From Octopus vulgaris (lineage: Eukaryota), in the NCBI GenBank assembly GCA_951406725.2, contig OX597821.1, positions 72,230,001-72,294,000 on the forward strand: a stretch of 64,000 nucleotides of DNA, written 5' to 3'. The notes under the pieces are model-generated. The model searched no databases. It was not told the DNA's origin and worked only from the letters and a program-made list of their open reading frames with translations. Position numbers and translations under genes: made by a program. Positions 12,084 to 26,449 of the stretch are shown here, one piece after another. Position 1 is the stretch's first letter, and every line of letters starts with the position of its first letter.

Positions 12084-12089
12084 AATAAA
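12084..12089 (+). terminator. Candidate polyadenylation signal of copy 1 (equivalents at 27967, 41170, 48664)
   Basis: AATAAA 494 nt after the stop, followed by T-rich sequence; the AT-rich background lowers specificity. Confidence 0.5.
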
Positions 12090-12797
12090 TAATTTTTTTT
12101 TAAATTTCAAAATCTTTTTTCTCCTTATTTATTTCATTAATTTCTATTCTTTATTCATAAGTCTTCGTTATTATACAAGTATCAAGGTGATAAGCGCGAA
12201 TTAATTTTCAGTTATTTTTAAGTAAATAGAAATATAAACAAGTGAATGTTTAGAGTAATCGATATAGTACAGTTGATATTGTCTCTACTTTCGGAAATTT
12301 AAAGTACACGTAAAATGAATTTTGTTGATTCAAAATTGTGCCGCGTGCTGTCTTAACTCAGATATGAATTAAAGATTTGTAATCAGATAAAAATCTGTTT
12401 AAACATATGTAACTTTTTTTACTGCTGCAGAATATTTGTAGCTGTTAAAATCTCGTTATCATTGCTGTATTCACTTTTATATATATTTCTAATAGTTTAT
12501 GTTATCAGGTATCAAAATATTTCGCCACGTGGCCAATAACATTTCACAAGATTTGGTCAGATTAATTACTGACCAATTCTTATAGACTGTGATACAGGTG
12601 TCTTCGCTTTACTCTCCAAACGTTTTCTGTCTGTCTCATGCTTTCCCAAATTCTTCTGATACAACAAGAGGTATATCAGAAATGACTTATAAACCCCCAA
12701 GAAATTGTGACATTTATAATTTAAACATCTGCAGTGCTGGGTGTGTATGCTTGTGTATATGTGTAGGAATAGTAGACGAGGCCAAAAATAATAACAA

Positions 12798-13019
12798 GGC
12801 GGCGAGCTGGCAGAAACGTTAGCACGCCGGGCGAAATGCTCAGCGGTATTTCGTCTGCCGTTACGTTCCGGGTTCAAATTCCGCCGCGGTCGACTTTGCC
12901 TTTCATCCTTTGGGGGGTCGATAAATTAAGGACCAGTTACGCACTAGGGTCGATATAATCGACTTAATCCGTTTGTCTGTCCTCTCTATGTTTAGCCCCT
13001 TGTAGGTAGTAAAGAAATA
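12798..13019 (+). mobile_element. Well-preserved tRNA-derived SINE monomer; copies at 28678-28899 and 49376-49597
   Basis: GGCGGCGAGCTGGCAGAAACGTTAGCACGCCGGGCGAAATGC..GGTTCAAATTCCGCCG (A/B boxes), conserved central domain, ends GTAGTAAAGAAATA. Confidence 0.9.
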
Positions 13020-14919
13020 GGTTATGGGTAATAATAGACTAAGTGGTGAGTGTAAGGGTAACAACTCTGAAAGTACGTGTTTCCTATGAAGGGACATAAC
13101 CCACCAGTATCTCGCCTGGCAGCGAATTCATTTACATTGGTCTCCATTTCAAATCCAACGCCACCCTCCACATCACCAATACTAAAAACACGACTAGAAA
13201 CAGTTGACTGTTTTTATTTATTTGTTGCTTTCTTTATCTATTTCTTTTGACTTTTAGTTTGAAGCCTGGACTGCACTGAAACAAAATGGCGAGTGTTAAG
13301 AAGTTTTGCACTGTACCATAACGGCTCAGAGTTGATGAAATGTTTTGGAAGGATTCTGTTGAGTAGCCCGACTTCCTTACCAATTCTCGATGGAGTTCAA
13401 TGTAGTGCTTTAAGATCAACTTGATTTCAAATGAAATTCCCAGAGATGGAGCGGAAATCCTTCCAATGGACTGTATTTGTGATTGGATGGAACACTAAAC
13501 TCTTCTCTCAGATTTAACCCCAATCCTTGACCCCTGACCTTCAAATATTATTGCCAGAGTTGAGTGCACACTGTTGAATTAGTCTGAGGTCAAACTATAC
13601 ATCGTGACTTTCACCCCAGGACTCTCCAAAACCCTGAAAAGGGATCAATGATGTTACTCTTCTTCGTTAAAAGGTATAACATAAGTCTTAAAATTGTGTT
13701 TTAACTGATGTCAACTTGATTTTCCATTCCATTGGTGCCATGGACTATAGTTCTGTTGGCTATACATTGTCCTAACCAAGACCTGGTTTCTGTGTTATCA
13801 AAATTGTTTTCAGCATCACGGGGTGTCGGTGTGATGCAAAAGATGGGCAAGGAACAAGTTGCTTTTTGTTGTGTGGTTTTATAATTTTATTTTTAAAAAG
13901 ATACACCCAGTTATGTTGTAAGAGGTAAATATAAAGGTGGGCATATCGGACAGAGTATCTGACATGAAAAAAGGCCCCTGACCACCCCACCCCACCATCC
14001 AAAGACAAACAGTAACAACACTAACAACGGTAATATTTTGCAAAGAAAGTATTAACTTTCTAAGGAATACTTTAACAGGAATAATTCTTCTTTTTTTTTT
14101 TTTATATCACAAGAGATATTCAGCAACAGTGCTTTGTAGCAATTTATAGATCAATGACTAGTTGTCCCTTTGAAAACTATATATTCCAAACAGGAATTTG
14201 GCAGCACCACCTCTAGCCGAACAATTATTCTGTGCTGATGAAGAGAAATAACCGAGAAATCATGATACACAGATATTGTTTTTAGCTGAGTTGGGGTGCT
14301 AGATTCCCTTGTTCGAAAATATAAGGACACAGATTGTGTCGTATAGCCAGCTGGAGACGATGTCTCCTGGGGCTAAATTACAGTAACATTCATCCTAAAC
14401 CAGGACTCCATAATATTATTATTTGACAGAATTGTTATGTTGGTAAACACTCTTTACTACATGAAAATACTTCTGTTCAAAAGCTACTAAATAATAAATT
14501 TTGAAACAAGAAAGCTCAAACTGCCGTAATTAATGAAGTTATGAGAAGTCAAAACTGAAATTTATGGTGCATCCATCAGTGAGAGAACTTCAAAACATAA
14601 CGGCATTTCATTTGGTTTATTAGTCTAGCCTTTAAGGGCAGCGAAAATGAGAGAATGGTGCATTAAAGACTGCCTGGAAATATTTTAGTCATGTCCTGTC
14701 TTTACATTTAGAATTCAAACACAAAGTTGATTTTTGCTTTTCGTCTCTCTATGGTGAATATTCTAGTGACCAGAATTATTAGTGAAAAACGCTGGAATGA
14801 ATTTGACCATTCCTAAAATGTGAAGCTTTGTGCTAAAGACAGAAAATATGACAGAGCTATGGAGAAGAAGGCTGGACTGAGCAGCAACAATTAAATACCA
14901 TACACCAATTACTCAAAGT

Positions 14920-15033
14920 GCCACAGTGTGGCTGAGTAGACCTTGGACAAGTGTCTTCTGGTATAGCCTTAGGCTGACTGAAGCCTTGATTGAATTTGGT
15001 AGGCAGAAATTCCTGTTGTGTGTGTGTGTGTGT
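14920..15033 (+). mobile_element. Degenerate CORE-type SINE fragment with TG tail; copies at ~30810 and ~51395
   Basis: GACCTTGGACAAGTGTCTTCTGGTATAGCC..GAAGCCTTGATTGAATTTGGTAGGCAGAAA resembles the CORE domain (ACCTTGGGCAAGT); a reverse copy GAAGACACTTGCCCAAGGT is at ~63290. Confidence 0.6.
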
Positions 15034-18000
15034 ACATGCTTGACTTTTGTTCAATGGAAGGAAACATCCAACTGAAAAGAACGGTTATTCACTCAACCAA
15101 AATTATATGTGCCAAGAAGATGCTCAATATTTCCAAATTGAAAATAAAATTTAAAAAATGAAAACAGAATTTTGTTTGTCTTTATGTCATTTTAACATAT
15201 TGCCCATTTTTTTTTTTTTTGGTATTTTATTACAGATTATTGAAGTGGTTAAATTAGAACAAATAGCAGATTCATCAAAACAAAATATTATATAAACCTC
15301 AGACATCCCAAGATGAATGAGGAGGTCATTTTGAAGAAAAATATTTATTTTTCTTTATTCCATTCACACAAATAAAAAAGAAATAAATATTTCCATAATT
15401 TTTAGAAAAAAACATTTTTCTTTTAAATTTGTTCAAGTCATTTCAGCTTTACTAATTTAAAAAAAAAAATTTTTTGTATTTATAAAAAAAAAGAAATTAA
15501 TGAAATCAAATGAAAACCTTCAATCCCCCAAAATGATGTGTGGCTGACATCCTCCACTCCTTTTTCATAAAAATCATAAATTCAGAGCCATCATAAATCC
15601 GTCCCAAAAGTGCAGCAGTGAACACCAAAGTACTTGTTTATTTTTTGCTTATTCAAGAGATATTGAGAATTTTTGAGGATTTTGTTTAATTTTATTAATC
15701 TGTGGTCACAAAATAAAGTGTCGTTCTACCAAGGTGGTCCCTCAAGTCAGGCAAACAAAATGTACAACTAAACATGTTAAACAAAACCACTACAAGACAA
15801 TATTTCACATTGAATACCTCAAAACCTACATTTTGTTTTTCTTTGTCTTCTTCCGATTGAAAAGTAAAAACCATAATTAATAAGAACTTAACGAAACAAG
15901 AAAGAATGGTTAATAGTTCCATGCTGATTGAAGTGGAATTGGTCATTATGTTATGGAGCAGATATTTTAGGGGTGTCCTTTCATTAGCAATTAAGGGGGT
16001 GGAGACTCTTTCTCTCTAAAACCCTCTCACAGTTCTGGCATTGTGTGCTTGAGTAGAAAGTGTTATTCATCACAAAATTAATGAAAATTTTAGAAATAAA
16101 ATAAATAAACTCACATCATAATATAGTTAATGACACAAATCCTGATACCCAGCTGCTAAAGTGTATCCTAATCATTGCAGACCTATCCAACCTACATCAA
16201 CAAACAATTATAGACAGATTCTTTTCACACAGAAAATGGCAAAAAAATGCAGACATGATTTGATATTAGACAGGAATAACAAACGTCATCAACTGACAAA
16301 ATATAATTCACAAACGAGAACGGTTAAATGGTTTTACAGTCTCCAAAAGTTTGTCACTTTTCAACATCAAATCAAAAATCAAAATGATTTTTCATTATCC
16401 TTGTTTTATAATTCAGTTGTGATAAATTCTGACAAAGAATGGCAAATCAAAGACCTCCAAATGAAGATCTTTTTTTAAGGTTCCAAGAAAATAATCCAAT
16501 CCTGAAATATTCCGAAATATCTCTTTGTATAATTCACATTAAAACTGATTCCATAGAAAACATTTTTTATCACATTTTCATTTCCCCACCTCCACCTCCT
16601 CTTCACATCCAAGTTTGTTCCACTTCCAGTTATAGAAATTGCAGCTTTCTTTCAAAACAAAAGCTGCCTTCTGTCATTTTTTTTGGCCTTTTTAATTTTA
16701 TTTTTTTTTTTAAATATCATACAGACAGGTAAAAAGATGGAAAATGAGCTGAAAGATGACAGAAAGATAGTGAAATGTTGGACACAATGAATTGGTTCTT
16801 CTCTCAAAATAAAATTCAAAGACATAAAAATGGAAGTTGTCCTCCAAGCTGGATTCAAGCCAATATTCTGAAGAGGAACATGCCCGGCCTCATCATATAA
16901 CAATCAATATCTAATGCTGTTGCTATTTCATTTTCTGTATTTACCTATCACAGGTGTGACTAGAAAACTTATTCTCGTTAAATATTCAAGTTATCATTTA
17001 AACAGACTCTCATTGTTACCAATACAATATTTGATAATGAAGCTTCTACCATTATAATTTATAGTAATAATTGTCTGCTAGAGGCACAAGGCCTGAAATT
17101 AGGGTGGACTGGGGGGGGGAGCTGATTACATCACCACCCCATGCTCAACTGGTACATATTTTAGTGACTACAGGTAGGGATGAAAGGTAAAGTTGAGCTC
17201 AGTAACATTTGAACACAGAGTTTGAAAGCCAGAGAGAATGCTGCTAAGCTCTATTGTTTCCAGCATTCCAACCATCCTGTCAGTTCACGCCACCCCTTAT
17301 AATTTATAGAATAACAGGATTCTTGCTTCAATATACACACAGAGATGCTTCAACAGAATGAATTTTCTTTTTAAAAGAAGAGAAACTGTTGTCAACCAAG
17401 GCTTTGAAATAATTTTAATTTATCCAAGCTATATCTCACGAGTATTCTCAAAGATGGAACGATGGTAAAATGGCCTCCCTAGACTTTAAAGATTGAGAAA
17501 GTAGAGCAAAGCCCAGTTCACTTTCAGCACACACATGTAAATGGGTGCATGCTCACACAATACAATGCTCATCATTTAAACAGGTCATACCAGGCTCAAA
17601 TATTCCACTTGTTTTCCTGTTCAAATTGGCCAGATCCAGCCTCTCACGTCTATCCTACAATGCCATTCTAAAAATAAACAATCACATCATCGAAATCTAA
17701 AAGCTAAGAGATAATGCAGGATTAATTCAAAACAATATGAACTGATAAACATTACATTTGACCGCGGAATCTGAAATGCTAAAGGGTTTATCATAAATTC
17801 AGTGAACAGAGATTTCTTTAGGGTTCATAGATTGGTACCATTTCAGACACATTTGAGAGAGAAAGAGTAAATAAATAATTAGGAATAAACAATACTTGTG
17901 ACAATGAGAAAAGAGATTTGGTCAGTGTTACATCGTTAACAGACATTCGTTAGAGCAGTCTAACATCAATGCTCACTCACCTTAGTGCACGAGTGCCGAG

Positions 18001-20809
18001 TTTTCCCTCAACATATTGGTGACAAACTAGAGAATGCTTCTATGCTTTTTAATAATTCTTTAATTAAACAGGTTGAAGGAGTAATGCAAAAATTTCTTCA
18101 ATTTTTTTCTTTCAATCTGCCATGTCTGATTAGAACCACTCAGTTTCACTTGATGGATTTTCACATTTCTTGCAATCAACTTTTAATCTTTCAAAAGCTG
18201 ACCAGATATAGGAGCAAAGATAAGAAAATAAAACCTATATTCCAATGAATATCAATAGTTTTAGTAAAACGTGAAGGATTTCTTTTTTCTTGTTAGTCTT
18301 TTGTCTAATTTTTTTTATACTTTCTCTAGTTATTTTTTTTAATTATTTATGGCAACTTTTGGCCTTTCAAGGAAGAAATTCAGTTTTGCACACAATAAAA
18401 GACACTGTTAGCTTTTCATGGAATGAAATAAAAATATTTTATTATAACATAACAAAAAGAAAAAAAAGAAACACATTGTTATGGAAGAAAAAAAAACATG
18501 GAAAGAAATTTAGCTTAAGTTCACACACACACACACACACTCTGTAAATGCATACATACACACATATATATATAGATATGTACATATGTGATTACATACA
18601 CACACGCATACATAGCCACACATATATACATGGAAACATTGAGATGACATAACTTTTCAAGAAAATTGAAAAGTCTATTAACAAAGTGTAATAATAATAA
18701 TAATAATAATAATAGCTTTAACATATAAAAATGAGATTGTTGAAATCTAGATCCCACACAGAAATAAATTATTAAAAAAACCACAATTGTCTTATAGTGA
18801 AGGAGAAAATCAATGTTTCTGTAACAGCAAAAAAAGCAACCTAAGAAAAAAAATAAAATAAAACAACTAATATTGGCAGAAAGCCAAAAAGTTTGGGGGG
18901 GAGGCAGGGTCAATTAGATTGATCCCAAAACATAACTGGTATTTTTATTCCTATTGACTCAAGAGAGACAAAAGTGAAAGATGACCCTTGGGGAGGGGAC
19001 ACAAAATATAAACTAAATACCACAAGGCATCCCATCATAATAATCTTTTCTATAATAGGTACAAGGCCTGAAAATTTGCAGGAAGGGGGATAGTCAATTA
19101 CATCGACCCCAGTGCATGACTGGTACTTATTTCATCAATTCTGAAAGGATTAAAAGTAAAATCAAACTTGACAGAATTTGAATGCCACTAAGCATTTTGT
19201 CCAATAACGATTCTGACAGCTCACCACCTTATTAATGGTTCCTAAGACAGGCACAAGGCTAGAGATTTATGAAAAGGGAGTTCATTGATTAAATCCTTGC
19301 CCTCAGTACTCGACCGTTTCATAATATTATAAAAGCTTGGAATGGTGAAAGGCAAAGTCAACACTTGGAGAAAAGTAAGAGGTCAGAACAACAACTGCAA
19401 GACATTTGGCCCATTGCTCTGTTGATTCTACCAATCTGCCACCAGAAATTTGGTAGGAGCAAACTGTCATTTATATCATCTAACCCAGCGTATGACTGGT
19501 ATGTTAGTTTATCAGCTCCAGAAGAATAACACAAAGCTTACCATAGCAACACTTGAACTCCGAATCAGAGCCAGAACGAATACTGCAAAGCAATTGTCCA
19601 ACAATTCTGATAATCAACCAGTTAAGAAGAAGAAGAAGAAGAAGAAGAAGATCCCTAACTTTACCACAAGGACCAACAATTTGCAAGAGGGTCCAACGAA
19701 TTTAACAGATCCTCCAGTGCTTCACTGGTCCCTATTTTATTGATTCCAGACAGATGGATGGTAAGGAAGTCTTTGGCAAGGTTTCAATTCAGAGATTTAG
19801 CTAGCCACCAGGAATCTTGTGAAGTACTCTGATTCTGCCATCAATAATAATAATAATGGTACTAAGTTTTAGCAGAAGGCCAGTAGTTTGATGGGAGGGG
19901 CTAAGTCAATTACATCGACCCCTGGTGTTCAACTGGTACTTATTTTATTGACCCCGAATGGATGAAGGGCAAAGTCAGCCCTGGCAGCATTTGAACTCAG
20001 AACAGAGAGTTTGAAGAAACACTGCCAAGCGTGATGTCCGGCATGGAATCGATTCTGCCAGCTTGCTGCCTAAACAAGGAGGAGAATAATAATAATAATC
20101 CTTTCTTCTAAAGGCACAAGGCCTGAAATTGGGGGGGGGGGCTAGTCAATTACATTGACCCCAGTGTTTCACTGGTCCTTAATTCATTGACCCCACAAAA
20201 CAATGAAAGGCAAAGTCAACCCTGGTGAAATTTGAACTCAGAAATTTGAAGACAGACAAAATGCCACTAAGCATGGTAACAAATCTGCCAGCTTGCTGCC
20301 TAAACAAGAAGAAGAGGAGAATAATAATAAAAATAACAAGAAAAATTTCTTTACATGTAATTCACCAAAAACAGTTTCCGTGAAGTTGTTTTTTTTTTGT
20401 GTTTTTATGATTCTTTTTTTTTTTTTCATTTCTTTCATTTCTTTTTTAATTTAGATTCCACCCTCGTCTTCAAGAAAGGGGATGCGTTTTGAATTGTCGT
20501 ATTTTGGCTGTTATTTCGAGCAGAGGAAGAACCGCGTAACGGCTTCCTTGTTCCCGATTTTTATAATTGTTTCAGCCGACGATCGAATAGCAATCGGAAT
20601 CGACAAGTTTCATCACAACAGGTGATTCGTAAATACAATACTTACTTCCCTTGGTAAACAACTAAGTAATTATACTTTTTGCGGCATGAGTTGTTTCCCT
20701 TGAACTATAATTTTTTTTTCTCTTACTCTCTTTCTTTTGTTTTTTATTTTCCTGATCTTACCTATCAATTTACTACAAATAGATTACAATTTCAGTATTT
20801 TCAAACCTG

Positions 20810-21196
20810 AAGGCGGCGAGTCAGCAGAACCGGGACAAATGGTTAGTGGTATTTCGTCTGCGGTTACGTTCTGAGTTCAAATTCCGCCGAGGTCGACTTT
20901 GCCTTTCATCCTTTCGGGGTCGATAAATTAAGTACCAGTTATGCACTGGGGTCGATATAATCGACTTAATCCGTTTGTCTGTTCTTGTTTGTCCTCTCTG
21001 TGTTTAGCCCTTGTGGGTAGTAAAGAAATAAATATTTCATTTGTCTTTACGTTCTGAGTTCAAATTACGAAGTCGACTTTGCCTTTCATCCTTTCGGAGT
21101 CAATAAATTAAGTACCAGTTGCGTACTGGAGTCGATCTAATCGACTGCCCCCGCCTCCCTAAAAATATCGGGCCTTGTGCCTAGAGTGGAAAAGGA
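20810..21196 (+). mobile_element. Duplicated copy of the TSD-flanked SINE at 5006-5392
   Basis: TSD TATTTTCAAACCTG at 20796-20809 and 21197-21210. Confidence 0.9.
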
Positions 21197-21554
21197 TATT
21201 TTCAAACCTGTATTGTAATATTTAGGGTGTTTCTGTGATCAGTTTATTGGAACACATAAGAAGCCGCTTGTCGAAACTACAGAAATTATGAAAAGCTGGG
21301 AACTTTTTTCAGTATATTGGTTAATAAACGGATCGAGAGACGATGCCAACGAGAGGGATTTTACGTCGCTGGATCCCTTAAACTAGGATCCAAAATCCCC
21401 TCAAAACACGGATTCTAATAATAGAAACGGACATGTTGGACCTCCACAAGGGCAAATATAAGGTAAATTCACGGATAGATTGCCTTCGAATATAGGTATT
21501 CAATTACGGTTGACTCGAGAAGAGAAACACCAAACAGCATAAAAGATATAAACC

Positions 21555-21619
<65 letters not shown>

Positions 21620-21751
21620 TAATGATGATGATAATGATAATGATAATGATGATGATGATGATTTGACCTGTTCTGCAGTGTGTCCAACAATCAACCTCCC
21701 CACCAAGCAAGCACGATGGGATTGCCAGTTTAGTCGCCGACCACACGAGAC

Positions 21752-21859
21752 TTACATACATACACACATACTTACATACATACATAAATACATACATACA
21801 TACATACATACATACATACATACATACATACATACATACATACATACATACATACATAC

Positions 21860-21890
<31 letters not shown>

Positions 21891-22400
21891 TACATACATA
21901 CACACACACATACAGACATGCACATACACCACGCATACACACACATACATACACACACACACATACATACAAAACAATACAATACATACATGCATACATA
22001 CATACACAAATACACACATACACACACACATACATAAATACATACATACATACAGACAGACAGACTGACATGCACATACACCACACATACACACACACAT
22101 GCATACATACACAAAAATACATACATACACACAAACATATACACACACACACATACATACATACAAACACACGCACACATACATACATACATACAAACAT
22201 ACATACATACACACGCGCACACACACACACACATACACATACATACACACATACATACATACACACACATACATACAAACAAACACACGGTCCCATACAC
22301 ATACATACATACAAACACGCGAACACACATATATACATACATACACACGAACACACACATATACATACATACATACGCACACACTCACATACATACATAC

Positions 22401-22433
<33 letters not shown>

Positions 22434-22795
22434 TACATACATACATACAAACAAACGCACACACACATACATAAATACATACAAGCACACGCACACACTC
22501 ACATACATACATACATGCGCACGCACGCACACACATACATACATATATACATACAAACACACGCACACATGCACACTTACATACATACATACATACAAGC
22601 ACACGCGCATACACCCATACATACATACATACGCACGCACACACATACATACATACATACAAGCACACATACATACATATACACATACATACATACACAC
22701 ATACATACACCAACACACACATACATACATACATACATACACACGCATACATACACACACATACATACATACACACATACATACACACATACATA
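21752..22795. repeat. ~1-kb compound (CATA)n/(CA)n microsatellite
   Basis: Direct reading; paralogous to 5955-6942. Confidence 0.97.
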
Positions 22796-23805
22796 CCTTT
22801 GAGCATCCAAAACAGATCACTCTAAACAACATTGCATGGGACACAAATAAGCATTTTATAGATTGGCGTAAAATGGTGTGGAATTACGTGACGCGATTTC
22901 TTTATTCCAAAAAACACATTTTTAAAGAAAGTCTACATTTCTAAAGTATGTTTTGAAACCTTTATTTTAATTACTTTTTTTCTTAAAATAAGGTCAAATA
23001 TGACCAAATGCACAGCAAAGGGCAGGTAACGATCTGCAGGAGTTATTTCCCTTGAATCGCTGCCCGCTCACAAACGTGTACCTCTTCTTGTGTGTGTGTG
23101 TGGTGTGTATGTGTGTGGTGTGTGTGTGTGTGTCTGGTGTGTATGTGTGTGGTGTGTGTGTGTGTGTGGTGTGTGTGGGGGTGTGTGTATGTGTGTGTGT
23201 GTGTGCCTGTATGTCACTGATGCAGGATGACTTTAAGATGTGTAATTTTCCTGGATAATTTCAATTATCACTGAATTTCATTTTAAATTTCATGCTTCAG
23301 GATTACAGAAAAATAATCCTTTTCCCCCGAATTTCTTCACAACGTGACGCGTGTTTACAATGGAAACATTACTAAAAGTTACATATTATTATTAATACTA
23401 AAAGTAACGAGAGTTGGTGAGTTTGAAAACACATGGTGATAGAAAAATGTACTGAATTTAATTCATATTTTCTGATTCAGACCTAGAAGCCATCAAATCG
23501 TTTAGCTTGGCAAATAAGATCACAACATATGCCCTGAACGAGTCACCGGTTCGTGGCAGGGTTGAGGGCCAACAGCGATTTTGAGGAGACAGGGGACAAA
23601 GCGATAACACCATTGGAAAGCAATTCTCTGGTATTTTATTCATCACAAAATGGTAAAAACCAAAGCTGACCCGACGGGACATTCAGCTCAGAAGATAATG
23701 TGCCGGAATATGAGGCCATTTAACATTTTGTCCGACATGCTAACGATGCTTTCAGCACGTCGCCTTACTTAAGTACAATGCGATTAACCAAGTTTTCCCG
23801 AAGTT

Positions 23806-23844
<39 letters not shown>

Positions 23845-26186
23845 CGAGAGAATCTGTAATATGCCGGACTAAGAGCTTAGCGGTATTTCGTCTGCCGTTA
23901 CGTTGGAAGTTCAAATTCCGCCGAGGTCGACTTTACCTTTCATCCTTTCGGTGTCGATAAATTAAGGACCAGTTGCGCACTGGGGTCGATGTAATCGACT
24001 TAATCCGTTTGGTGTCCTTGTTTGTCCCCTCTGTGTTTAGTCCCTTGTGGGTAGTAATGAAATAGGTATTTCGTCTGCCGCTACGTTCCCAGTTCAAATT
24101 CCCCCGAGGTCGACTTTTCCGTTCATCCTTTCGGAGTCGATGAAGTACTAGTTACATACTGGGGTCGATGTGATCGAATGCCTCCCCCCTCCCCAATATT
24201 TTCTGGCCTTGTGCCTATTGAGGAAAGGATTATTATTGTAATTATTATTTTGGTTTTGGCTCACGTTCGGTCATATTCCTGACAGGAATTATGTGGTTAG
24301 CGGGTTACTACCTCTAACCTTAGGGATACACAAGTTTTCACCAATCTTCCAAGTGCTTAGAACCCTCATGACAATCCTTCCTGTCCATAAGAGAGAAACT
24401 TTCGTAAGAGCACTACAGGGCTTTCTACTCCAAATGAACAATCGAAAGAGTATCAAGCGAAATGGACGCTGACATATAGTTATGTTCTGCGTTCAAATCC
24501 GGCAAGGCCCATATTTGCCGTTCATCTTTGTAATGCTGAGAAGCATAAATAGTAGGGCTGTTTTACTAGAAATTATCATTGATATTAATTAGAGCAACAG
24601 AATACAATAATAGCCCTTCGTGGACATCACAAGACAATCGCCCTCGATTGAGCCTTATATGCTATTTTCTACACATAAGAAATAGAAAACCAAACAAGAC
24701 CAGTCAGACACCAGACATCACACAATATTTCGTCTAAAATTCCATTGTCATCTAAAAAGGCAATAGCCAATCATCCCTCGGCAGCTCAAAGCCTCCCGTC
24801 TTACAAATAAAACCAGACATTGTATAGTCCACTCCCAGCTGCATTCTGCTAGGTCGTCGTACCTGGAAAGCCTTTGACCATTCAACAACTACATCAGAGT
24901 ATCCTGACGCTTCGCAACGACACATTCGATAATACAGTTTCCATTTGCAACATACTTTTTATGGATCTTTTCACTCACAATTTTCATTTCGTTTAATTTT
25001 CGTCCAATTCATTGCAATTTCTGTATATTGATGTACGTTTTCTATGCTAATTATAGAAACGAAATTCCTTTTCGCCATAAAATAATAAATATAATGTTAA
25101 TAGCATTTAAAATTTGTAAATTTTGAGTAATTTTAGCCAATCGAAAACCACAAACACATCGGTGCCAGTGTCCATGGTAACAAGTCGTGGTAGTGTCTGC
25201 TTTCCAAACACGTCTACTTTACACATCTGTTGTTGTCCTCTCATCACCTCACTCACCATTTGGCCTTTTTATATTCTTTACATGCTTCTTACATTTCGCA
25301 TGATTTCATTCATTAAAATTTATTAATGACACGTAGGGAGACGGTCTCTCATAAATCTGTAGAGATTATATTCAAAAGTAAAACTTATAAAAACTTCTGT
25401 CGACGTCGTCGTAATGTTTTGTCTAACGTTGTCATGTTGCTATGCACAGCTACCACGCAGAAAATGCCGGCTTTTCAAATCCTACTTCATTATTCGATGA
25501 AAATAATCAACATGCTTCTCAATTTTTTCTGCAACAATTGAATAACAACACCAAATTCAGTGTGAGAAATTTCATTAATATACCAAGTTTGAAAATTTTC
25601 AGACAATTTTAAAAATATCAGTAACTGTGAACCACACAGAAAAGATGCATTTTTATAAGTTCTCCTGGTTCTTTTTCACAATAAAAGTGGTTTTCATTAA
25701 AAGCGATTCATCACATGCGTAGCTGTGAGTCTTTCTCTGTGTGTTTGTGTGCAAAGTCGTGGTTAAGTCGTTTACATAAACATCTTTTTTATGGTTGTTT
25801 ATTTATGTTGGAAAAGCAAACAGATTTGAACGATGTGTATTTTTGTTTGTATGAAGCAAAATACGAGGCAGATATATTTTAAGTTATTTTTATTTTTATA
25901 CTTAAACGGCAAATCCCCATATGTTATGCGTGACAAAGTAATGTTAAACGTTTAAATAAAAAAAATTTAGCAGTTAATTGTCGATATTCAGAAAAAGGTT
26001 TAATATACATGTTAAAATACAAATATAACAACATTAATGAAAGTATAATTTTAAAATATTTTATAAATCTGTTCTGCTTTTACTAATATAGAAGTGGTGA
26101 GCTTCAATTTATAAATTTCTATCTTCTATGAATTCAATTAAAAGACTATTTTACTTGAAGGTGAGTTTACACTCCATCGGCGTTTA

Positions 26187-26299
26187 TGACGCATCTTTAA
26201 TTAGGCTAGATTCCCGGGATCCACTTCCGCTCACCCCTTTCGGCAGGCGACACCTGTTGGGGTATATATAAGAAAGAGGGTCCGTGACAGGGGACAGTG
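26187..26299 (+). promoter_or_regulatory. Core promoter of cyclin T-like copy 2 (TATA plus Inr)
   Basis: TATATATAAG at 26263-26272; CAGT with A at 26296; same upstream motifs as copy 1. Confidence 0.75.
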
Positions 26300-26449
26300 A
26301 AGTTTTTGCTTCCGCTTCGCCAATACCCACTGACCACGAAAGCAATTTTTCCAACCGAATTCTCCAAGAAAATACTGATTTCAGACACCAAACAGCCGAA
26401 ACTTTATCGATTAACTGAAAAAGAGATAAAGAACGAGATTTATTTTTAA

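Noticed and set aside
11590-12200. Poly(A) tail and target-site duplication proving retroposition of the cyclin gene
   Set aside because: None visible; a retrogene origin rests only on the lack of introns and remains an inference.
12798-12890. tRNA gene
   Set aside because: The A/B-box-like motifs belong to a multi-copy SINE head; no cloverleaf or Pol III terminator is evident.
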